DNA of 64,000 nucleotides from Planktothrix sp. GU0601_MAG3 (lineage in GTDB: Bacteria; Cyanobacteriota; Cyanobacteriia; Cyanobacteriales; Microcoleaceae): NCBI GenBank assembly GCA_035193785.1, contig CP136572.1, positions 1,940,578 through 2,004,577 of the forward strand, given 5' to 3'. The notes under the pieces are model-generated. The model was not told where the DNA came from and ran no database searches. It saw only the letters and a list, made by a program, of their open reading frames with translations. Of this stretch, positions 12,397 to 23,669 are shown one piece after another. A program made the position numbers and the translations under genes. Every line of letters begins with the position of its first letter. The stretch's first letter is position 1.

Positions 12397-13014
12397 TTAT
12401 TTCTGGGATGGGACTAACTCCGTGTTAAATTCATTGAAGGAACGACGCCGTAATTCCACGGATTCATTCCGAGGCAATAAATCAAAGACTTGGCGAAACG
12501 CATCATCAACGGTTTCAAAAGCGACCTGTCCCTTTTGATCTAAAATGACTTTTCCCGACTGATTAATTAATACGGTTTGGGGAACATAGCCTTTGTAATA
12601 ATAGCCCGGCTCCTGGGGGGAATTTTTAGTATCGGGTAAGAGGGTATCCACATTCACCGGAATAAAGTCCGCCTCTCGTCCGTAAAAACGCTGAAGTTCA
12701 GATACCGTAGTGACAAATTTTTTACAATCTTTACTATCATCCAAAAAGAAGACTAATAATGATGGTCTACCCTGATTCATGGACTCCGTTAGAGTGACTC
12801 GAGGGGGAACTAAAGAACCATTTCCCGCATACAGCGCAAAAATATTACCATCAAACCGATCATCATCTAATCCGGCTAATGCCGAGGGTGTAATGGTAAA
12901 AAAGAATACACAAATGATCACAAAGGTAGTCAGCAGAGTTTTAAAACCCCTAAAACCCTGAAAGCACTGTTGCAGGACATTGAATCGGGGAGAATTCCAT
13001 CGAGTTAAACGCAT
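12397..13014 (-). CDS. Thioredoxin-fold thylakoid protein (photosystem I accumulation factor family)
   Basis: N-terminal signal/TM, DDRFDGNIFALYAGNGSLVPP, DDSKDCK motif. Confidence 0.75.
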   Translation of the reverse strand: MRLTRWNSPRFNVLQQCFQGFRGFKTLLTTFVIICVFFFTITPSALAGLDDDRFDGNIFALYAGNGSLVPPRVTLTESMNQGRPSLLVFFLDDSKDCKKFVTTVSELQRFYGREADFIPVNVDTLLPDTKNSPQEPGYYYKGYVPQTVLINQSGKVILDQKGQVAFETVDDAFRQVFDLLPRNESVELRRRSFNEFNTELVPSQK

Positions 13015-13268
13015 ATTAGGTCAACAGCCATTGAGATTCTAAACAAAATCTATTGTTACATTTTTGGGTATATTTTACCAAAGAGATCGCTTTTATTCCT
13101 TTTTGAATTTTGGGTCATAACGGCGATCTGCTAATTCAAGAAGTTCTATATTTTAAAACCGATTAATTTGCCGATCAACCCTCGGAAAAAAAGTTTAAAA
13201 CCCGATTTAAAAATATTAACATCTCAACTGCCAACACCTCGACGGTCAACCCCCGATTTTCTGGCAAT

Positions 13269-13286
13269 GTTAAAAACTATTACAAT
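13269..13286 (+). promoter_or_regulatory. Putative RpaB (HLR1) site upstream of apcA
   Basis: GTTAAAAA-CT-ATTACAAT resembles the (G/T)TTACA(T/A)(T/A)-N2 direct repeat. Confidence 0.4.
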
Positions 13287-13696
13287 CTGGCTCAGAATGT
13301 GTACTCCATGCCTGAAAATACAAACGATAGGTAGTGACGGTGTTGGGCAGGTTAATGTCCAAAGCCGGTTACCCCATCGACTGTAGCCCCAAGGGGAGCA
13401 GTTTGGGAATCCCTTGCCTAAAGGCCAGTGGAGGATATCAAACTTGTGAATTGTCCCCTAAAAACCTCAAAAATTTTTGAGGGTACAAACCAGCAAGAAG
13501 TGAAGCAGTATAAATCTCAAACCGATAGATTTGATTGCGGATCAAAAAGTCAGGTACACTCTAAATCATAATCTGATCCAGAATGTATCTGAACAAGTAG
13601 GAACGCTCATCGGTAACGATGAGGCTCTCCGACTCAGTTAATGGGTTTCGGGAGAGCGTTAATCAGGAAAACGTTAGCTAAACGCTTTTGTAGAAA

Positions 13697-14182
13697 ATGA
13701 GTATCGTCACAAAATCCATCGTTAATGCCGACGCCGAAGCGCGTTACCTCAGCCCTGGTGAGTTAGACCGGATCAAAGCCTTTGTTACCTCCGGTGAGCG
13801 CCGTCTTCGCATCGCCGAAACAGTCAGCGGTGCCCGTGAACGGATCATCAAAGAAGCTGGAAACCAACTGTTCCAGAAGCGTCCTGATGTGGTCTCCCCT
13901 GCTGGTAACGCCTATGGCCCAGAAATGACCGCCACTTGCTTACGCGACCTTGACTACTACCTGCGTCTGGTTACCTATGGAGTCGTTGCGGGTGATATTA
14001 CCCCCATCGAAGAAATTGGGATTGTTGGCGCTCGGGAAATGTACAAATCTCTGGGTACTCCCGTTGAAGCCGTTGCCGAAGGAATTCGTGCGCTGAAAAG
14101 TGTTGCTACAGGTCTGTTATCTGGTGAAGATGCAGCCGAAGCCGCACCTTACTTCGACTATGTGATCGGTGCGCTCTCATAA
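13697..14182 (+). CDS. apcA: Allophycocyanin alpha subunit
   Basis: [27 protein letters not shown]...[13 protein letters not shown]. Confidence 0.98.
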   Translation: MSIVTKSIVNADAEARYLSPGELDRIKAFVTSGERRLRIAETVSGARERIIKEAGNQLFQKRPDVVSPAGNAYGPEMTATCLRDLDYYLRLVTYGVVAGDITPIEEIGIVGAREMYKSLGTPVEAVAEGIRALKSVATGLLSGEDAAEAAPYFDYVIGALS

Positions 14183-14250
14183 GTCCGATCGCTTTATCAC
14201 ATTTTTTAAACGATTCCTAGATTCAGCGACTACAAGGAAATAGAACAATC

Positions 14251-14737
14251 ATGCAAGACGCCATTACTTCCGTAATTAATTCTTCTGACGTTCAGGGTAA
14301 GTACCTGGATGCCAACTCCCTGCAAAGGTTAAAAGCTTACTTCGCCACTGGCGAACTGCGGGTTCGTGCTGCTTCCACCATTAGTGCTAACGCAGCCAGT
14401 ATCGTCAAAGAAGCAGTAGCCAAATCCCTGCTGTATTCCGACGTAACTCGTCCCGGTGGAAATATGTACACCACCCGTCGCTATGCTGCTTGCATCCGCG
14501 ACTTAGACTACTACCTGCGTTATGCTACCTATGCCATGTTAGCTGGCGATCCTTCCATTCTCGATGAGCGCGTTCTCAACGGTTTGAAAGAAACCTATAA
14601 CTCCCTGGGTGTTCCCATCGGTTTCTACCGTGCAAGCCATTCAAGCCATCAAAGAAGTTACCGCTAGTTTAGTGGGTGCTGATGCTGGTAAAGAAATGGG
14701 TATTTACTTGGACTATATCTCCTCTGGCTTAAGCTAA
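14251..14737 (+). CDS. apcB: Allophycocyanin beta subunit (+1 frameshift at 14621)
   Basis: [20 protein letters not shown]; removing one T restores GVPIGSTVQA...ISSGLS* (161 aa). Confidence 0.97.
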
Positions 14738-14802
14738 AACCGAGGTTAGGTTTTTGAGGGTAGTCACTTAGTTTGATTCCCCGTCCCAAATCTAAACGAT
14801 TT

Positions 14803-14908
14803 TCAAGGCCAGGGAAGTCCGGGGTGAATGCTAGACCGCCAAAGGCTTGTCTGTTTTTCCTGATAAGTTTTAGCGTGCTAGGATTGACCCCCGACTCCCG
14901 GCCTTTGA
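14803..14908 (+). promoter_or_regulatory. Long stem-loop between apcB and apcC
   Basis: tcaaggccagggaagtccggggt ... acccccgactcccggcctttga imperfect inverted repeat. Confidence 0.55.
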
Positions 14909-14962
14909 TCATTTTAAAATTGATGTAAAACTTGTTAAATTTGCCTAGGAGAGACGAACCTC

Positions 14963-15166
14963 ATGCGGATGTTTAAAGTAACGGCTTGTGTTCCAAGCCA
15001 AAGCCGGATTCGTACCCAACGGGAATTACAAAATACCTACTTTACTAAGTTAGTTCCCTATGACAGTTGGTTTAAAGAACAACAACGGATCATGAAAATG
15101 GGCGGTAAAATTGTTAAAGTGGAACTGGCAACGGGCAAGCCCGGAACTAACGCCGGATTGCTTTAG
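14963..15166 (+). CDS. apcC: Phycobilisome core linker ApcC
   Basis: MRMFKVTACVPSQSRIRTQRELQNTYFTKLVPY. Confidence 0.98.
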   Translation: MRMFKVTACVPSQSRIRTQRELQNTYFTKLVPYDSWFKEQQRIMKMGGKIVKVELATGKPGTNAGLL

Positions 15167-15285
15167 AAGACAGGAGGCAGGGGACAGAAGGTAGAAGGAA
15201 TTGAAAAAAAAGAAAAAAGATTAATTCTTAATTCTTGATTCTTGATTCTTAATTCTTCCTGCCTCCTGCCTCCTGCCTCCTTCTG
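15166..15285. repeat. Short tandem heptamer repeats with inverted arms (STRR-like)
   Basis: caggaggcagg ... (ttcttaa/ttcttga)n ... (cctgcct)n. Confidence 0.6.
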
Positions 15286-15352
15286 TTTTTGTACAATCCA
15301 ATTCCGCTATTATGTTGGAAAGACAAAAAACCACCTAATATCGAGGCGGGAA

Positions 15353-17418
15353 ATGGCAAGTTGGGAGTTTCTGCTGCAAAAAGAAGGGGACAATAGTTGG
15401 TTAACCCTAGAATCCCCGGATGTTGAAATTTTGGAAGGACGCTACCGGATGGTAGCCCGGTCTGGATATACCAACACCTCAATTGATGTTCGGATTACCT
15501 ATCAAGATTTTGAAGCGGTTCCGCCTGTCCAACAGGTTCAAACTCGGACACTGACCACCAATGCCGAGGGTTTAATGGTGGTCATGCCCTATACTTCCCT
15601 GAAACCTGGGAATTGGCAATTTTCCTGTGCTCCTCAACTGACGTCCGGGTTATTAGCAACCGTGGGGAAAAAAAACATACAATTACGGGTTCTCCCCTCG
15701 GAAGCAGAAGAATTTGAGCAATTTTTTGGGGATACGGAACCACCGACGGCCAATATTAATTCCGCAGCACCCCAGGCCGTTGATTCGCCTACAGAACAGT
15801 ATTCTAACGTTGTACAGTTCCCTACCTCTGGCCTCTATATTGTTCCTGAAACCGACCCAGCCAACACCTGCTATTCCCGATACTCCCCAGCCATCCTCCC
15901 AACCCCTTGATGCTGTAGACAAGTTACTAAATGCTCTGCACATCTCCCTAGGACAAGATGCTTTTGTTGGCCGTTTAGGAGAAGCCTTAATCGTTTCGGG
16001 ACGGGTGGAATTGGCAACGCCTACCCCATCTTCTGCCTACCCAATTCTGACCGACGGACAATTGCAATTTCGCCTACGCGACCCCCAAAGCTCAGAACCT
16101 TTATTTGAGGTTAACCAAACCCTTCCTTCCTCCGATTTCCCTCTGGCTTTTTCCGGTGTAGTTTATATTCCCTTTGAATGTAAAACCCGTTTAATTTTAG
16201 GGGAAGTGATTTTTGCCCATGATGGGGTGGCGGTGACGACTCAATCCTTTAATGTTGTTACCCAGGTTGAACACCTTTTAGAAGCTATAGATCAGGGTTT
16301 TAGTCCAGAATTAGATCAAGACGACTTCCCCGACCTTTCTAATTTAGATCTGGGAGTTCTGGAATTACCTGACCTGACCGATACCACGAATAGGGCTGAA
16401 GTCCTAACCCCGGAAACAACTGCGGTACTTCCCCCAAAACTGAATAATTCTAGTCTGGAATCTCGGTCTGCTACATCCCTAGATTTGCCAGTATTCGGCC
16501 CTAGTTCTACAACCGGGGAAGTTAAACCTGCACCAAAACCCACTCCTGCGGTTGTGTCATCTGAGGATTTATCTTGGGAATCGAATTATACAGATATATC
16601 AACTTCAATTTCACCCCTATTAGTAGGGGAGTCATCGGAATTAATCCCGGCGACTGAGGGGATAGAAAAAATTGACCCGATAGCTAAACCGAAATCCGAT
16701 CCAGAAGTTCAAGAAGCCTTTCAAGCCTTAGACTTAAATAGTCGGTTTTGGTCGCGGTTGAATGCTTTGGCGGGGGATCAGGAATGGTCACAATGGGTGA
16801 AACGGGCTAATGTTAATCCCTTACCTGAGATTCCGTTTAATGCTGCGACTAATATTGTTAAACGTTCTGATCCAACTGCATCGGATACAGCACCTTTGCC
16901 ATACCCAGAATCAATCAATGTTCAGGAGGAATTAGAAGAAATTGTAGTTGATGATGAGCCTTTGGAATCCCCTGGGGCATTTTTTCCCCGCCGTAAAAAT
17001 ATCAGAGGAAGTAAACCGGAAACCCCGGCGGTCAATCAACCGATTTCATACATTTTGCCAGAAGATCAACCGGTTTCCAGACCCCCAAGTTGAGGTATTA
17101 TCAACGGAAATTATTGCGGGAAGGTTAGTTAAACTGAGGATGAGAATTCCCGATGGTTTACCGCGAATTTATATTAAGGTTTGGCTATTTGATCGTCAAA
17201 CCCGTACCGTTGTTGATGGCCCCCGTTGGTTAACGGAATTTTCACCTAATGGGTTTGATCAAATTGAAGCCACGGTTGATTTGGAGATTCCCTACAGTAG
17301 TTTGGAAGTTTTATTTGAAGCGATCGCGGTGGAAATGCAAACCCAACGAGAAAGCAACAAAATCACGATTGCCGCTTCCGTTAATCCCCCTCCAGGGCCT
17401 TCTTTACCGATTCATTAA
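15353..17418 (+). CDS. Conserved cyanobacterial hypothetical protein (~690 aa; frameshifts at 15848 and 17073)
   Basis: MASWEFLLQKEGD...; three overlapping ORFs join after single-base removal at GAAAC/GTTTC. Confidence 0.75.
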
Positions 17419-17423
17419 TCAGG

Positions 17424-17476
17424 GTAGAGACGCGCCAATTATTGTGGTAGAGAGACGCGCCATGGCACGTCTCTAC
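17424..17476. repeat. GTAG-type REP palindrome
   Basis: gtagagagacgcgccatggcacgtctctac preceded by a partial copy; same family as 51369-51426. Confidence 0.75.
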
Positions 17477-17494
17477 GAGCGGGGGGTTGGGTAT

Positions 17495-17776
17495 TTAAAG
17501 AACTCCTGCGTTACCTAAAGCTAAAATCACCCCAGCCCCTAAAATATGTCCAAAGCTTCCGGTGGCTAATAATTCAGGCACTCCAAACCCCGTAAACATT
17601 CGGGGTAAACCGGGTAAACCAGGCCCTTTGCCACGATTTTCTTTAGAAATGGCATAGAAACCGATGAAAATAGCTAATAGGTTAGAGAGAATCATCACAA
17701 TGGCTACACTTGGAGACCAACTAACGGTGGTGGGAACATTGTTTTGTATTGACATCAGTAAGGAAGTGTAAATCAA
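17495..17776 (-). CDS. psaK: Photosystem I subunit PsaK
   Basis: WSPSVAIVMILSNLLAI...GKGPGLP...PELLATGSFGHILGAGVILALGN. Confidence 0.93.
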   Translation of the reverse strand: MIYTSLLMSIQNNVPTTVSWSPSVAIVMILSNLLAIFIGFYAISKENRGKGPGLPGLPRMFTGFGVPELLATGSFGHILGAGVILALGNAGVL

Positions 17777-17943
17777 GTTTTTATTCTCCTGAGTAATTTT
17801 ACGATTCTCTTAATTTCAACAATTGATTATAAAAACCCAATGCTAAAAACTTCTAATTTGTTGAAAAAGTTAATAATTCTGGTAGAATCTTGATAAAAAT
17901 TTTCTAGCTGAATCAGACCATCAACCCAACTTTACCAGCATCA

Positions 17944-18595
17944 ATGCGAATTAAAATTTGTGGAATTACTCGACCGGATCAGGGTTGTGCGATAGCGGGA
18001 CTGGGGGCGACAATGTTAGGATTTATTTGTGTGCCCGCGTCCCCTCGTTATGTGACATCGCAGCAAATTTGCCGGATTTTAGAGAATTTACCGAACTCGA
18101 TTCAAACCATTGGTGTATTTGCTAATGTGAGTGTGGAGAAAATTTATCAAACGGTCAGGGAAACGGGATTAACTGGTGTACAACTGCATGGGGATGAATC
18201 TCCCGATTTTTGCGATCGCCTGCGTCAAATTCTTCCTGATACAGAAACTAATTAAAGCCCTACGGATTAAATCCCCAGCCACCCTAATCCAAGCCCAAGA
18301 ATATTTTAATCATATTGATTCCCTATTATTAGATGCTTATCATCCTCAACAGTTGGGAGGGACGGGTCAAAGTTTGGACTGGCAAATTTTGAAACCATTT
18401 TGCCCCCCCTGTTCCTGGTTTTTGGCTGGAGGATTAACCCCGGATAATATTGGGGACGCATTGCAACAGTTACAACCCGATGGCATTGATCTTTCTAGTG
18501 GCGTTGAACGTTCTGCTGGTGATAAAGATTTGGTAAAAGTGAGTCAATTATTTCAAACACTTTCGGCTTTCTTCTCAGAATTAAAAACCCATTAA
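17944..18595 (+). CDS. trpF: Phosphoribosylanthranilate isomerase (frameshift at 18244)
   Basis: [38 protein letters not shown]. Confidence 0.93.
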
Positions 18596-18632
18596 TCCAT
18601 CTTAATTGTTCTCTGCTGCACCATCGGCGTCC

Positions 18633-18950
18633 CTACTCCTGCGTCACTTCTGGAAACTCCCTTTGTAAATTTTCCATCACAGACTTGAGAGAACTTCGAG
18701 GAATATAGGGCCAACCTCCTTTAGATTCAATCTCTCGTAATAAATGATAGAGTTTTTGACGATTATCGGGTAAAGATTGCTGAAATAAACTTTCTCGGAT
18801 GTCCTGGTGTAACTGTTCTAAAATTCTGAGTACCGCCAAAATATCCAGAGGATTCCCTTCGGCAGCCTTAGCTAAGATTAAAACCTGTTCTGCTAAAAAT
18901 TCAAGCTGATTTGACCGAGCTTGTAAATCAAATTCCGTGGGATTGTCCAT
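18633..18950 (-). CDS. Conserved cyanobacterial hypothetical protein
   Basis: 105 aa, LPDNRQKLYHLLREIESKGGWPYI. Confidence 0.7.
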   Translation of the reverse strand: MDNPTEFDLQARSNQLEFLAEQVLILAKAAEGNPLDILAVLRILEQLHQDIRESLFQQSLPDNRQKLYHLLREIESKGGWPYIPRSSLKSVMENLQREFPEVTQE

Positions 18951-19522
18951 AATTCAAATCTATCAATACCGAACACCCCCGGAGGGAGAGCGATCGGCAA
19001 CATTAACTTAAGTAGTTTAACTGATCGTCGAAAAATTTGTACTTCTTGACACTCCCCCCCCTGAAGGAGTGGGGATAGGCGGGTAGGATTCTGTCGAAAA
19101 AACAGTCACTAGACATAAACTGGGAGTGGGGAAGCACGAAGGTTTCAGCTTAGGGAAGGAAAAACGACTCACCACAGTTTTAACCGCCATGGGAAATGAT
19201 AAAATACCAGCAGCAAGTAGGAACAACCATCTACGCGAAGAGGTGTTTTTTCAGGAGTAACCCCTGACTTGCCCCGCACCTACAAAATTGTAGCCGGAGG
19301 GCAAGCAAGCAAAGGAAAAACGCGGAGCGTACCAAATTGGCATGGTGATGGACTCGGAAAGCCAAAAAATGGTACAAATAAGCGCAATTACAGCATCTTT
19401 TTGATAGTTGTTTTGAGTGTCTAGGGGATGTTTGACTATCCCTTTTAAGCAAGTCTTAAAGAATCTGCCCCTCTTTACAGGGCAGGGTGTCAAATATCAA
19501 TTTTGCATATTTGAGGTTAACA

Positions 19523-20360
19523 ATGAGATATCGCGCTTTGGTTGCTGCACTATTAGCAATCTGTTTAACCGTACTTACAGCTTGTTCTGATGGCCCAGAG
19601 GCTAAAGATCCTAAGCTGCTGACCTATGATGATATTAGAAATACAGGGTTGGCTGTCAACTGTCCAACTTTGCCCGAAACTGCCCGGGGTTTCTATTCCG
19701 ATTGAGAGTGGAAAGTCCTACAGTATCAGTGGTTTGTGTATGCAACCCACCAGCTATTTTGTTAAAGAAGAACCCACCAACAAACGCAAAGAAGCCGAAT
19801 TCGTTCCGGGTCGTCTATTAACCCGATTCACCTATAGCTTAGATCAAATTTCGGGTAACCTGCTGGTGGGTTCCGATGGTAAACTCACCTTTGAAGAAAA
19901 AGATGGAATTGATTTCCAACCGATTACGGTTTTATTACCCGGCGGCGAAGAAGTTCCTTTCTTATTTACGGTTAAAGGGTTAGTGGCGAGTTCTCAACCG
20001 GGATTATCCAGTATCAATACTTCTACGGATTTACGGGGAGATTTTAACGTCCCTTCCTATCGAGGCGCCAACTTCTTAGATCCTAAAGCCCGTGGGGTGA
20101 ATGCTGGCTATGACAACGCCGTTGCTTTACCAGCAACCGCCGATGGAGTCGATTTAAGCACTGCTAATGTCAAGTTAGCCGATACCAAAGTTAAAGCGGG
20201 TCGGATTTCCCTACAAGTTTCTAAAATCGACAGCGAAACCGGGGAAGTGGCTGGAATTTTTGAAAGTGAACAGCCTTCTGATGATGATTTGGGTGCGAAG
20301 GAATCCTTGGATGTGAAGGTTCGGGGTGTCTTCTATGGTCGGATTGATGCCGATGCCTAA
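19523..20360 (+). CDS. psbO: Photosystem II manganese-stabilizing protein (frameshift at 19689)
   Basis: MRYRALV...LTYDDIRNTGLAVNCP; DGIDFQPITVLLPGGEEVPFLFTVK; YRGANFLDPKARG. Confidence 0.97.
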
Positions 20361-20833
20361 GCTCACCTATCAATAGATTAACCCGTGATTTGATGCAGGA
20401 AGAATGGGGGATCAACAGTTACCTGTCTTATGTTTGTGGACTTGATCACTAACTGATGATAAGTAAGGGTTCAACCCTCGGCCTTCCTGAAATTAACACA
20501 AAAATTTTTCGCCAAGTAGGTATATATAATTCCCAATTTCCAAAAATATCAATCAAATTTCTCTAAATATCTTGCGTTAAACCTATGAGTTGGGCTATAA
20601 TGATGGGTTATTAGCCCTAATAGTATATATAAATTTACTAAAGCTAGGCTCCTAGCCGATGGCTTAAAAGTCCTCGTTTAGTGCTTGAGCGACCTCACGT
20701 TGACTATTTAATATGGGTTCAGAGTCTCCCCTGTGTTGGGGCAAACCCTCTAACCTCCCATCCGATGAAAGCCCAGTGTGGTCAAGATTGATACGCAACT
20801 AATTAGCCAGCCCCACCAACGCAGGATATTGTC

Positions 20834-21607
20834 ATGCCTACCCAAGTTGTCAACTACCCCAGAGGAGAAAGTTTAGAACTGTTGCACCAATATCAGCAGT
20901 CTTATTCCAAGGATATCCGCAACCGGATTGTTCAGTTAAATATTGGATTGGTGCGTAAGGAGGTACACCATTGGGTGAACCAGTGTACGGAAAGTTATGA
21001 GGATTTGCTTCAAGTCGGTTGTATCGGCTTGATTCGTGCGATTGAACGATTTGATCTGTCGAAGGGTCATGCCTTTAGTTCCTTTGCGATTCCCTATATT
21101 CGGGGGGAAATTCAGCACTATTTAAGGGATAAAAGCCCGTCGGTACGGGTTCCCCGTCAATGGTTAGCCCTACAACGGCAATCTGTAAAGGTAATTCAAG
21201 AACTTCAGTTAGAACTCAAGCGCCCGCCCACGGATGGAGAAGTGGCGGAGGCTTTGGAAATTTCTGTGAATGAGTGGAACCAGGTGAAGCTGGCTAATAG
21301 CAACCGTTCTGTGCTGAGTTTGGATGCTCCGATTCAGGATGGGGAAGATGGGACAACCTGTTTGGGGGAATTAGTTCCCGATGGTCGTTATCGGAGTTTT
21401 CAGTTGGCGCAGGAGGATCAAATTCGTGTCCAGCAGGCCTTAGCTAAATTGGAGGACGGAACCCGTAAGGTTTTGGAGTTTGTGTTTCTGTATGATTTAA
21501 CCCAGAAGGAAACGGCGGAACGTTTGGGAATTAGTTCGGTGACGGTTTCCCGTCGGGTGAAAAAGGGGTTGAGTTCTTTGCAGAAAATGATGTCTGGTGG
21601 TGAGTAG
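20834..21607 (+). CDS. sigF: Group 3 sigma factor SigF
   Basis: RNRIVQLNIGLVRKEVHHW, YEDLLQVGCIGLIRAIERFD, SFQLAQEDQIR. Confidence 0.9.
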   Translation: MPTQVVNYPRGESLELLHQYQQSYSKDIRNRIVQLNIGLVRKEVHHWVNQCTESYEDLLQVGCIGLIRAIERFDLSKGHAFSSFAIPYIRGEIQHYLRDKSPSVRVPRQWLALQRQSVKVIQELQLELKRPPTDGEVAEALEISVNEWNQVKLANSNRSVLSLDAPIQDGEDGTTCLGELVPDGRYRSFQLAQEDQIRVQQALAKLEDGTRKVLEFVFLYDLTQKETAERLGISSVTVSRRVKKGLSSLQKMMSGGE

Positions 21608-21697
21608 TTGGGTTGTGGTCAAATAGGAAACAACCACCAAGCCACTAAGACACAAAGAAATAGGGAAAAATATTCAACTGATTTTCTCTGGGCGTGT

Positions 21698-22048
21698 AGA
21701 TCCCCCCTAGCCCCCAGGGCTGTTTCATTCTTTGTAGGGGCAATCCCCCCGTGGTTGCCCCAATCCCCCCGTGGTTGCCCCAATCCCCCCGTGGTTGCCC
21801 CAATCCCCCCGTGGTTGCCCCAATCCCTGAAACGCCTGCAAATCTGGGATGGGGAGGGTAGGCACGGGGGCACTACCCCTACAAAACCCGGGTTTCCCTG
21901 AGAATGAAACAGCCCTGCCCTAGCCCCCCTTAAAAAGGGGGGAACTGGATTGATGAGTCCCGCTTTTTCAGGGGTGATTCATAAATCCTGAAAAGGGGGA
22001 AACTGTGTTCATAAGTCCTCCTTTTTAATGGGGGATTTAGGGGGATCT
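21698..22048. repeat. Cyanobacterial GATCCCCCCTA...TAGGGGGATC palindromic repeat element, interrupted by a MITE
   Basis: agatcccccctagcccc ... cccccttaaaaaggggggaac ... gatttagggggatct; sibling at 31433-31541. Confidence 0.75.
21715..21917. mobile_element. 203-bp MITE with 17-bp TIRs and 10-bp target-site duplication
   Basis: TIR cagggctgtttcattct (21715-21731) / agaatgaaacagccctg (21901-21917); TSD ccctagcccc at 21705-21714 and 21918-21927; internal 4x20-bp caatccccccgtggttgccc. Confidence 0.88.
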
Positions 22049-22152
22049 GGTCTGGGATGAAAACAATCAGATTACTGCTTGAGTTGATTACAAAGGTACT
22101 AGGGCAGGAAAAAAGGAATGTGGGGCATGGGTGTGGGTTAATATCGTATTTT

Positions 22153-22797
22153 TTAATAACAATAGCGACCATTAGTATTGGGTTTGATATTTTCCTTTCC
22201 AATGCGGGTTACACCGAGAACGGTGGAAATAATTACGCAGCGTTTGGTCTTGCCGAGGTCGGGATGGTTCAGGGTGATGGTTCCGAGGGCTTGTAAACTG
22301 GTTTGGGTGCATTCGTCGTTGGGGGAGTAGACGGGACAGCCTTTGTGGTTGAACAGGGTGCGGTACATTTGGCTTGAGGTGGTGACTTGATTGGTGGTGG
22401 GGTTAATTTTGCGGAGGGTGGTTTCGAGTTGGCCTTTGGGGTTGGGTTGTTTATCATCAATGATGATACCTGGTGTTAGGGTGCTCCAATTGCCAGCAGA
22501 TAGTTGAATTGGGGGGATATTAGCGGGATGGAGGGCAAATTGAATGCTGGTGGGGGTTTCTTTGATGCTGACTTGCCATGGGGTTTTATCCCGTTTGGCA
22601 TTGCTTTGAGCCATTTTGAATGCCCATTGTAGTTGTTCTGTGGAGGTCTTTAGGCGGTAGCGGTTGATGAAGCCTAACCAACTGGGGACAACCATGGCAC
22701 TGAGAATACCAATGATTAATATAACGATTAGGAGTTCAATTAGGGTAAATCCTTGATAGGATACGGGGCGATCGCAGGTCTTTTTTTTGTTGATCAT
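22153..22797 (-). CDS. Type IV prepilin-like (FimU/HpsD/H-type) pseudopilin
   Basis: QGFTLIELLIVILIIGILSAMVVPSW N-methylation motif. Confidence 0.88.
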   Translation of the reverse strand: MINKKKTCDRPVSYQGFTLIELLIVILIIGILSAMVVPSWLGFINRYRLKTSTEQLQWAFKMAQSNAKRDKTPWQVSIKETPTSIQFALHPANIPPIQLSAGNWSTLTPGIIIDDKQPNPKGQLETTLRKINPTTNQVTTSSQMYRTLFNHKGCPVYSPNDECTQTSLQALGTITLNHPDLGKTKRCVIISTVLGVTRIGKENIKPNTNGRYCY

Positions 22798-23007
22798 GAA
22801 AGCACGCCTGATTTCAACGGAGAAGGTTATGTTTGTTGAACGAACTTAACTACCAGTTTGCTAGAAAGTCAGGGGCTTTGACCACGGGAGAATTACGGAT
22901 TTTTTAAAACTATTTTGAACATTGAAAGATTAATCAATCTGTGGATATTACGGAGTTATAGGTATGCTCCCCTAATCTGCTATTAATCAATTCAGAGGTT
23001 TTAATAA

Positions 23008-23598
23008 TTAATTTGGTAAATTACAAGCGGTATTCTCTGCGGTTTTTATTGAACCCAATAATCCATCAACGATGATACATTTTCTTGTATTTTGACCTAG
23101 ATCTTTATGAGATAATGTTAATTTTTGAGGTAAAATTAGATTGGTTTGTGTGCATTCTTCTGTTGACTTTTCTACAGGACAACCTTTATTATTAAACACA
23201 ATAGCTGTATTACCATTGTTTAATAAAGTTGTTTTAGTAGTATCGATATCAACTTTTTCTGCTCCTACTTCCCATATAGAAGGGGTTGAACCAGCCGTAT
23301 GAGTTGACCATTTTACTACGTCATTATTGTCTTGCTTGATACTAACTTGCCATGCTGTTCTATCGGCTTTGGCTTTGCTTTGGGCGGCTTGCATGGCTCT
23401 ATAAATTTTTCCTTGGGTATCCCGTAAACTTTGATTATTAGTAAAAGCCAGCCAACCAGGGGCGGCGATCGCACTTAAAATACCAATCATTAGAACAACC
23501 ACCATTAACTCAATTAAAGTAAATCCGCTAGTTGACTGATTCTTTTTAATCAGTGGAGTTCTTGAGAAATATATTGTTTTGATCAAAGAATTAAACAT
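23008..23598 (-). CDS. Type IV prepilin-like pseudopilin (HpsD-like)
   Basis: SGFTLIELMVVVLMIGILSAIAAPGW; paralog of the neighbouring gene. Confidence 0.88.
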   Translation of the reverse strand: MFNSLIKTIYFSRTPLIKKNQSTSGFTLIELMVVVLMIGILSAIAAPGWLAFTNNQSLRDTQGKIYRAMQAAQSKAKADRTAWQVSIKQDNNDVVKWSTHTAGSTPSIWEVGAEKVDIDTTKTTLLNNGNTAIVFNNKGCPVEKSTEECTQTNLILPQKLTLSHKDLGQNTRKCIIVDGLLGSIKTAENTACNLPN

Positions 23599-23669
23599 AG
23601 TATTGACCTTTTTTTTGATGGTTTTTTGAACGTTTTTAAAATTTAAAGGGATCTATTTTTTGAATTAAT

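Noticed and set aside
19017..19493. Small ORFs upstream of psbO; possible rnpB or tmRNA
   Set aside because: No protein motifs; lacks the rnpB GAGGAAAGTCC core and tmRNA termini.
21608..22296. ORFs 21608-21901, 21619-21873, 21930-22202 and 22057-22296
   Set aside because: Translations of MITE/REP repeats or antisense to the pilin gene.
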